Shown here: positions 5,296-11,800 of the stretch, piece after piece
Position numbering within the stretch: the stretch's first letter is position 1
Layout: each line of letters begins with the position of its first letter
Assembly: GCA_034439715.1 (NCBI GenBank)
Contig: JAWXAY010000106.1
Coordinates: forward strand, 1-11,800
Length of the DNA: 11,800 nucleotides
Direction: 5' to 3'
From: Pseudomonadota bacterium
GTDB lineage: Bacteria; Bdellovibrionota; Bdellovibrionia; Bdellovibrionales; SG-bin7
The notes under the pieces: model-generated
Databases searched by the model: none
What the model saw: the letters and a program-made list of their open reading frames with translations, nothing else
What the model was told of the DNA's origin: nothing
Translations under genes and position numbers: made by a program

Positions 5296-7260
5296 ATGCG
5301 TTTACGAATTCATCTTATTTTTACCGTTTTTTTTCTAATTTGGGTTTTTCTATTGGTGCGTTCCGCTTATATTCAGCTGGCGCCTAACGCCCGACTAGAA
5401 AAAGTCGTAAAAAAACAATACCTCAGCAATCTTTCTATTAATTCGAGACGAGGTACAATTTCTGATCGTAATGGTGAAGAGTTAGCTGTTTCTACGACGA
5501 GCTTTTCGCTCTATGCAGACCCCAGTTTGATTAGTGATCCCTATATTGTGGCCTCTCATTTAGCACCTCTCCTCGATCTCAATCGCATAAGCTTGAAAAA
5601 GAAATTGAAATCTCAAAAGCGTTTTGTATGGGTTAAGCGGCAGTTAAATTTTAGTGAAAAAGAAAAAATTGATTCTCTTAAAATTCAAGGGATTGGGTTT
5701 GTTGAAGACTCAAGACGAATTTACCCCAATGGCCACTTGCTTTCGACGGTGCTAGGCTTGGTTGGGCAGGAGGGTGAGGGTCTAGAAGGCATCGAACTTT
5801 TCTACAATGAAGAGCTTAAAGGTCAGCCACTAAAGGTAAGTTTGCCTAAAGACGCCAGAGGTCGGCCGCTCACACTGCCGCATGAAATTCTCGTCACAAA
5901 CCCGCAAGGACATAACATTGAACTTACGATCGATAAAAATCTACAATTTGTGATGGAGCAAGAACTGCTCACTGCCATAAAAAAATTAAACGCTGACGGA
6001 GCCTGGGGTGTTATACTTAATCCTAAAACTTCTGAAGTTTTGGCGATGGCTTCACTGCCACAGGGCGATGCTAACAACGCGGTCGACAGAGGTAACCCCA
6101 GAAAATTTAGGAACCGAGTTTTGACGGATATTTATGAACCAGGGAGTACGTTAAAACCCATTTTGGTCGCGGGCGGGTTGGCCCAAAAGGTACTCACAGC
6201 AAAAAAAATGTACAATTGTGAAAAGGGACGCTTTAAGGTCACGAATCGTTGGATCAAAGAGGCCGACCGTCATCATGTTTTTGAAAATCTCACGGTATCA
6301 GATATTCTAGCGCATTCCTCAAACATTGGTTCTGCGAAAATTGCACTAGAAATGGGGGCTAAAAAATATTTAGGAGTGCTAAATGATTTTGGCTTTGGGC
6401 AGAAAACAGGAATAGATTTTAGAGGTGAAAGTAGTGGATTAATAAATCCGTTGCCTTGGGTTCCTCATTTGCTGAGCAATATGGGCTTTGGCCATGGTAT
6501 TGCGGTTACAGCGTTGCAGGTGGCTAACGCCTACTCGGCAATCGCCAACGGTGGGGTATTACATCAGCCCTTTATAGTTAGGGCAATTCGTTCCGCCGAC
6601 GGTCAAGAAATTTTTAAGTCAGTACCCAAAGAGTTAAGAAGGGTCTTAAGTGTTAAAGACGCACAAGAAATGAATCTTATGCTGACGGCGGTCACCGCAC
6701 CCGGAAAAACCGGGGAGCTGGGAAGAGTCATGGGCTATCCGGTAGCGGGCAAAACGGGTACGGCCCAAAAAGTGAATCAGAATTCTCGCGGTTACCAAGC
6801 CAATGCCTACATTTCAAGTTTTGCAGGCTATTTGCCGGCCAACGACCCAAGGCTTGTAATTTATGTTGCCGTTGATAATCCCCAAAAAAATTATTACGCA
6901 TCAACGGTCGCAGCACCTGTCTTTGCAAGAATAGCCGCTAATGCTATGCGCATTATGAATGTAGCGCCCTCACATTTCAATGAAGAAGATTTAATGCCCC
7001 AACGAGCGCCCCACTTCGGAACTGTGCCGTCGGTCGCAAAGAAATTTCAGATCGCCACTAATATTGAAAAAGGTATTATGCCTAATCTAAAAGGATTAAC
7101 CTTGCGCGAGGTGTATCGACAGATTGAGGGAATTGATATCAATGTATCATTACAGGGTAGAGGGGTCGTTCAATCCACCTTTCCACGACCAGGTGAGTCC
7201 ATAAAAGAGTACAAGAGCATTCATGTCACATTAGGGTTTGACGAAAAAGATTCCAAATAG
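5296..7260 (+). CDS. ftsI: Class B penicillin-binding protein FtsI/PBP3 with C-terminal PASTA domain
   Basis: N-terminal TM; RGTISDRNG, RIYPNG and GLEGIE dimerization-domain motifs; SxxK (EPGSTLK), SxN (SSN) and KTGTAQ. A PASTA-like domain spans about 7078-7233 (MPNLKGLTLREV...GRGVVQSTFPRPGE). Confidence 0.95.
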   Translation: MRLRIHLIFTVFFLIWVFLLVRSAYIQLAPNARLEKVVKKQYLSNLSINSRRGTISDRNGEELAVSTTSFSLYADPSLISDPYIVASHLAPLLDLNRISLKKKLKSQKRFVWVKRQLNFSEKEKIDSLKIQGIGFVEDSRRIYPNGHLLSTVLGLVGQEGEGLEGIELFYNEELKGQPLKVSLPKDARGRPLTLPHEILVTNPQGHNIELTIDKNLQFVMEQELLTAIKKLNADGAWGVILNPKTSEVLAMASLPQGDANNAVDRGNPRKFRNRVLTDIYEPGSTLKPILVAGGLAQKVLTAKKMYNCEKGRFKVTNRWIKEADRHHVFENLTVSDILAHSSNIGSAKIALEMGAKKYLGVLNDFGFGQKTGIDFRGESSGLINPLPWVPHLLSNMGFGHGIAVTALQVANAYSAIANGGVLHQPFIVRAIRSADGQEIFKSVPKELRRVLSVKDAQEMNLMLTAVTAPGKTGELGRVMGYPVAGKTGTAQKVNQNSRGYQANAYISSFAGYLPANDPRLVIYVAVDNPQKNYYASTVAAPVFARIAANAMRIMNVAPSHFNEEDLMPQRAPHFGTVPSVAKKFQIATNIEKGIMPNLKGLTLREVYRQIEGIDINVSLQGRGVVQSTFPRPGESIKEYKSIHVTLGFDEKDSK

Positions 7261-7297
7261 ATAAATTAGAGTGAGCGTCCCCACGGAGAAAATATCG

Positions 7298-8857
7298 ATG
7301 AAGAATATTTTTTTTGCTTTTTCCATGATTATTCTGAGCGGCTGTCCTTCGAAAGAGGAGGCAACAGAAAATGGACCGCACATTGATTGGTATCAGGGTT
7401 CGATGGCTCAGGCGCTCGCAGAAGCGAAAAAAAACCAGAAGCCGCTTTTTGTGTATTGGGGAGCCGTATGGTGTCCCCCCTGTAATTTACTAAAATCAAC
7501 TGTATTTGCCGACCGAGTTTTTATTGAGTCGACCAAGCGGTATATTCGTGTTTATCTTGATGGAGATACCGAAAGCGCCCAACAGTGGGGAGAAAAGCTT
7601 AAAGCCACTGGTTATCCCACTCTCATGATTTTGAACTCGAGCGGCGAAGAAGTTGTGAGACTTTCTACCGTTATGGCCCCCCAAGAACTCGCTGATATGA
7701 TGGATTCGGCGTACGATAATCTTCGTCCGATCAATGAAACGGTAGCTAAAGTCTTGGAAAAAAAACCAGGAGCTATTAACACAAAAGAAGAGTGGAGTTA
7801 CCTGGCCAATTACGCTTGGACACAAGATGTCTATTATGCTGAAAAAAAACAAAAGCTATCAGAAATATTGGAGAGTCTTGAGAGTCGAGTTCCCATCACT
7901 TATTCAAAAGAAAAATCGCGTTTTTATTTGAATTATCTTTCAGCGAAGGTCACCGAACTGGGCGAGAATAAAAAACTGCCTAAAGAAATTCGCGAGAAAG
8001 GCGTAAAAAGAATCAACGAAATTCTTAATGACGAGGAGTTAATAAAGTACAACCTTGAATATTTGGCCTACTATTGTGTGGAATTAATTAAGGCCATTTA
8101 TCCTGATATGAGTCCGCTACGAGATGCGGTTATAGAGCGCTATCGTGCGGCGCTGGCCGCGGCGAGAGAGAAGTTACCACCGGGATACGAACGCATGATT
8201 ACCTTTTATCCGGTGATTGAGTTAGGCGAGCTTCTTTCGAGTAGCAATATGCGATCCTTATCTGAGAAACAGAGGGATGAAATCAAAAATGAAATGGTTA
8301 AGATCACAAAGTTAGCGAAGGGCGAGCACACTAAAATCTATACCAGTAATACCTCAACCTACATTTTGTCTAAAGCAGGGTTTTCCGATTTGGCTAAATC
8401 AATTTTAGAGGAAGACCTCAAACAAGGTATCAATGATTACTACACGATGTCGTCTCTCGCATGGGTTGAAAAAGAGGCTGGAAATAAAGAAAAGGCCCTG
8501 CAGTGGTCAGAAAAAGCTTATGGAGCGGCTAAAGGCAGCGCTACTAAAATTCAGTGGGGCTCGAAGTATCTGACAAGTTTGATTGAAACTTTACCAAAAC
8601 AAAAAGATCGAATTTTTGAAGAATTGGAAGGCTACTATTCACATCACCTCTCAGCCGCAGATTCTTTCTTGGGGCGAAACAAGGCAAGTCTTGAGAAGCT
8701 GGCTAAACAGGTCAAGAAGTGGGGCTTGCAAGAAAAATTTCAGCCAGCCATTATTGATCTAAAGAAGAAAATGCTCGATGGCTGTAATCAGGAAAAAGAA
8801 AAGAAAACTAAGTATTATATTAAGGACTGTGAAAAATATTTCAAAAAGCTAATTTAA
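7298..8857 (+). CDS. Predicted lipoprotein with N-terminal thioredoxin-fold domain (WCPPC) and long alpha-helical/TPR-like C-terminal region
   Basis: ATG 7298 has a GGAG SD at 7285-7288 and gives the signal peptide MKNIFFAFSMIILSG-C (lipobox LSGC). Thioredoxin features: KPLFVYWGAVWCPPC (WCPPC at 7469-7483) and the cis-Pro loop GYPT. TPR-like segment YYTMSSLAWVEKEAGNKEKALQWSEKAY. The ORF-track GTG at 7271 is an alternative start. Confidence 0.85.
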   Translation: MKNIFFAFSMIILSGCPSKEEATENGPHIDWYQGSMAQALAEAKKNQKPLFVYWGAVWCPPCNLLKSTVFADRVFIESTKRYIRVYLDGDTESAQQWGEKLKATGYPTLMILNSSGEEVVRLSTVMAPQELADMMDSAYDNLRPINETVAKVLEKKPGAINTKEEWSYLANYAWTQDVYYAEKKQKLSEILESLESRVPITYSKEKSRFYLNYLSAKVTELGENKKLPKEIREKGVKRINEILNDEELIKYNLEYLAYYCVELIKAIYPDMSPLRDAVIERYRAALAAAREKLPPGYERMITFYPVIELGELLSSSNMRSLSEKQRDEIKNEMVKITKLAKGEHTKIYTSNTSTYILSKAGFSDLAKSILEEDLKQGINDYYTMSSLAWVEKEAGNKEKALQWSEKAYGAAKGSATKIQWGSKYLTSLIETLPKQKDRIFEELEGYYSHHLSAADSFLGRNKASLEKLAKQVKKWGLQEKFQPAIIDLKKKMLDGCNQEKEKKTKYYIKDCEKYFKKLI

Positions 8858-8869
8858 TGGTGTGATGTT

Positions 8870-10357
8870 TTGAAGCTCATACAGCTCCTATCTGTTTTTA
8901 GTGAACTCAATCTAGGTGAAACCTCGCAGGTAGACGTGCGAGGCCTTGCCTTTGATTCTCGAAAGGTCGGGCGGGACTTCGTATTTATCGCTGTTCGTGG
9001 CTCCTCATTTGACGGCCATAGCTTTTTGTCAGAAGTTGTAAAAAAAGAACCGTGTGCACTTATTGTAGAAAGCCTCGAGCAAATTCCTAAGAATTATTCA
9101 GGTGCTGTGGTTAAGGTCTCTGATTCTCGCTCAGCACTTGAGATTTTGTCCAATCGTTTTTTCGGTGATCCGGCGAATGACTTATTTTGTGTTGGAGTTA
9201 CTGGCACCAACGGTAAAACCACTATTTGTCATCTCATTGAAAAGGTGCTTACTGATTCTGAATGGAAGACGGGAGTCATGGGCACCATTAATCATCATTT
9301 AGGAGATAAGATTTGGGAATCAGAAATGACAACTCCTGATCCTATCACTTTTTATCGGCGGTTGGCGGAATTCAAAAGCCTCGGCGCCAAAGCGTTGGCA
9401 TTAGAAGTATCCAGTCATGCTCTCATGCAGTCTCGTGTGGACTCGGTGCCGTTTGATATTGGTGTGTTTACAAATCTCACGCATGATCACTTGGACTACC
9501 ATAAAACTTTGTCCCATTATTTTTCGGCCAAAGAAAGGCTTTTTTCAAAGCTGTTGTATCATTCAAAAAAACCTTTTAAGTTTGCCATCATTAATTTTGA
9601 CGATCCTTGGGGAGCCAAAATTCAGGTCGCGGGAAATGCTAAGACCTGGAGCTATGGCCAAAGCCCTAGTGACTTTCAATTTAGAGTCATTGATCAAGAT
9701 CTTGAAGGAAGTTCCTTTGAGGTTAAAACACCTCGAGGTGCCGTGACTGTATTTACGCCACTGATAGGACTTCACAATATTTATAATGTTACTGCGACGT
9801 TGGCCGTCGGCGTGGCTGCCGGTATTGCAATAAGTCGATGTGTAGAGGCGTTAAGTCAGGCCACTGGCGCGAAGGGCAGACTTGAACGCGTTCGAAATAA
9901 TCGGGGATTGGGAATTTTCGTGGACTATGCCCACAGCGGAGATGCTTTAGAAAATGTTTTAAAGGCTCTGATTGGTCTTAGAGACAGCAAGAAACTTAAA
10001 AGTAAAATCATTACTGTTTTTGGGTGTGGCGGCGATCGGGATAAAGGCAAGCGCTCAATCATGGGTAAAATAGCCAGTGATCTTTCTGACTTAGTTGTTG
10101 TGACCTCTGACAATCCCAGGACTGAAGATCCCGAAGCGATCATCAACGAGATTTTAGTGGGTATTCCTAAAACTGAAATTAACAAAAAGGTTTTTGTTTC
10201 GCCAGATCGCAAAGCCGCTATTGCTAAAGCTCTGTCTTTAGCAGTAAAGGGAGACATTGTACTCGTTGCAGGAAAAGGCCATGAAGAGTACCAAATTATA
10301 GGAAAAGACAAAAAAAAATTTAGTGACGTACAAACGGTCAATGAGGTGCTGGGGTGA
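8870..10357 (+). CDS. murE: UDP-N-acetylmuramoyl-L-alanyl-D-glutamate--meso-diaminopimelate ligase MurE
   Basis: Motifs DSRKV, GVTGTNGKTT, TTPD, LEVSSH, FTNLTHDHLDYH, VDYAHS, FGCGGDRD, SDNPR (mDAP-type specificity motif) and AGKGHE. TTG start with a GGTG SD-like sequence at 8859-8862. Confidence 0.97.
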   Translation: MKLIQLLSVFSELNLGETSQVDVRGLAFDSRKVGRDFVFIAVRGSSFDGHSFLSEVVKKEPCALIVESLEQIPKNYSGAVVKVSDSRSALEILSNRFFGDPANDLFCVGVTGTNGKTTICHLIEKVLTDSEWKTGVMGTINHHLGDKIWESEMTTPDPITFYRRLAEFKSLGAKALALEVSSHALMQSRVDSVPFDIGVFTNLTHDHLDYHKTLSHYFSAKERLFSKLLYHSKKPFKFAIINFDDPWGAKIQVAGNAKTWSYGQSPSDFQFRVIDQDLEGSSFEVKTPRGAVTVFTPLIGLHNIYNVTATLAVGVAAGIAISRCVEALSQATGAKGRLERVRNNRGLGIFVDYAHSGDALENVLKALIGLRDSKKLKSKIITVFGCGGDRDKGKRSIMGKIASDLSDLVVVTSDNPRTEDPEAIINEILVGIPKTEINKKVFVSPDRKAAIAKALSLAVKGDIVLVAGKGHEEYQIIGKDKKKFSDVQTVNEVLG

Positions 10358-11769
10358 TAGAGCTTAATGATTTGGTTATCGGCAGCCAAGGTAAAATTAT
10401 CAGCCAAATGCAGACTCAATTTAAGGGGGTGGGAACCGACACTCGAAAAGATTTGACTGATCAAATATTTGTAGCCTTAAAAGGGCCAACATTTGATGCA
10501 CATAAGTTTTTGAGCGAGGCCAAAAAGAAGGGAGCTGCCGCCCTTTTAGTTCATGACCTTTCTCAAGCTTCGGCAGATTTTAAAAATAGCGTAACAATAG
10601 TTGAAGTCAAAGACACGCTTTTAGGTCTACAAAACCTGGCGACCTATTGGCGTCGAAAAAATCGGGCAAAAATTATATCGGTCACCGGAAGTAATGGTAA
10701 GACCACGACTAAAGAATTTTCTGCCGCCGTTATTGGGGCTCATAGAAGTACGGTATTCAACCGGGGAAGTTTTAATAATCATTTTGGTGTTCCACTTAGC
10801 CTTCTCGAAATTTTGCCAGAGCACAAAGTCGCAATAATCGAAATGGGTATGAACCACGAAGGTGAAATTAGAGATCTTTGTAAAATAGCTGAGCCTGATG
10901 TGGCACTTGTAACCAATGTGGGTCGTGTACACTTGGAGGGTTTGGGTAGCATTGAAAATGTGGCCAAAGCCAAGGACGAAATATATCATTCGCGCCAACA
11001 CAAACTAATTAGGGTTTTTAATTTAGACAATCCTTACACTTTAAAAATGTTTGATAAATATTTGGTATCCACTGCGCGGGAACAAGTGATTTCATTTTCG
11101 AGTCAGGATAAGAATGCCGACGTCAGACTTGAGGTGAGTGCGAGTCACATCGGAGGCATTACTATAGCTGGTGAAATCAGGGGAGTAAGAGGTGAGGCCA
11201 AGGTTGCGGTTTTTGGTGCGCATAATGTTTATAATCTTATGGGTGCCGCCGGACTTGCCTTATCAGTCGGAGTAACTCCTCAACAAATTTGGCAGAGTCT
11301 GCACTTGTGCAGCACTCCTTGGGGTCGCAATCAGAAAGTAAAATTACATTCAGGTGCCGAGATCATCTTTGATGGCTACAATGCCAATCCCGAAAGTATG
11401 AATCAATTGATTGCGAACAGTTTGAAGATCGAAAGTAGCGGTAAAAAAATAGCGGTCATTGGCGAAATGGCCGAGATGGGCACAGCTAGAGAAAAAGTGC
11501 ATCATGAGCTGGGGCGACTAGTGGGCGAGGCTAAGTTTGATTTGATTTGGTTTATCGGAGTATCAAGTGAGGATTTTGCTGAGGGACTTAAAGAAGCCCA
11601 TTACGCTCATGAATATCTCTTCAGCGAAAAATTTGACTCTAAAATTGCCGTAAAAATTAAGACTAGTCTTGGTGCCTCGGACCGCGTGTGGATCAAAGGC
11701 TCTCGCAGCATGAAACTCGAGCAAGTCGTGCAGGCGCTTGATCCCGTGGATTTTGGGGATAAGGATTAA
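10354..11769 (+). CDS. murF: UDP-N-acetylmuramoyl-tripeptide--D-alanyl-D-alanine ligase MurF
   Basis: Motifs DTR, FVALKG..FDAH, VTGSNGKTTTK, NNHFGVP, EMGMNH.GEI, HLEGLGS, DGYNANPESM, GEMAEMG and KGSRSMKLE. GTGA overlap with the murE stop. Confidence 0.97.
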   Translation: MIELNDLVIGSQGKIISQMQTQFKGVGTDTRKDLTDQIFVALKGPTFDAHKFLSEAKKKGAAALLVHDLSQASADFKNSVTIVEVKDTLLGLQNLATYWRRKNRAKIISVTGSNGKTTTKEFSAAVIGAHRSTVFNRGSFNNHFGVPLSLLEILPEHKVAIIEMGMNHEGEIRDLCKIAEPDVALVTNVGRVHLEGLGSIENVAKAKDEIYHSRQHKLIRVFNLDNPYTLKMFDKYLVSTAREQVISFSSQDKNADVRLEVSASHIGGITIAGEIRGVRGEAKVAVFGAHNVYNLMGAAGLALSVGVTPQQIWQSLHLCSTPWGRNQKVKLHSGAEIIFDGYNANPESMNQLIANSLKIESSGKKIAVIGEMAEMGTAREKVHHELGRLVGEAKFDLIWFIGVSSEDFAEGLKEAHYAHEYLFSEKFDSKIAVKIKTSLGASDRVWIKGSRSMKLEQVVQALDPVDFGDKD

Positions 11770-11800
11770 ATCTGGCGGCCTAATGATAGCTAATCTCAAC

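Noticed and set aside
9925..9936. MurE DYAHS instead of the usual DYAHT
   Set aside because: Conservative substitution; all other motifs, including DNPR, are intact.
7427..10318. A8-A9 homopolymer runs (e.g. 7427-7434, 7758-7765, 7842-7849, 10310-10318) as phase-variation tracts
   Set aside because: Such runs occur throughout the window, including in essential genes, as Lys codons. All frames are intact.
5823..11799. Nested or antisense ORFs within ftsI, the thioredoxin gene, murE and murF (including 9925..10464, 179 aa)
   Set aside because: All overlap strongly supported genes and have no domain features, consistent with shadow frames.
11783..11800. ATG ATA GCT AAT CTC AAC as the start of mraY
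   Set aside because: mraY is expected by synteny, but six codons (MIANLN) are not diagnostic, so it cannot be called from this window.

Overview
Bacterial chromosomal window of moderately low GC. Gene content and protein style suggest Bdellovibrionota or a related deltaproteobacterial lineage (inference). On the left, the 3' part of an MltD-like lytic transglycosylase (SLT + LysM, + strand) converges on a tightly coupled minus-strand three-gene operon: a zinc-ribbon/TM protein, a divergent uracil phosphoribosyltransferase and hpt. A 202-bp divergent intergenic region holds a sigma70-like promoter for that operon, four 10-bp-periodic GTGG (MraZ-box-like) repeats, and a terminator-like hairpin 11 nt before mraZ. 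On the right is the start of the dcw cluster: mraZ-rsmH-ftsL-ftsI(PASTA)-[thioredoxin-fold/TPR-like lipoprotein]-murE-murF. The most notable observations are: (1) the zinc-ribbon protein's C-terminal half appears to follow the motif order of a degenerate secretin domain; (2) a WCPPC lipoprotein sits between ftsI and murE; (3) the hairpin-plus-U-tract in the mraZ leader may attenuate dcw transcription; (4) the UPRTase lacks the conserved Asp of the uracil-binding loop. No mobile elements, CRISPR arrays or structural RNA genes were recognised. All calls come from manual motif reading; no database searches were run.
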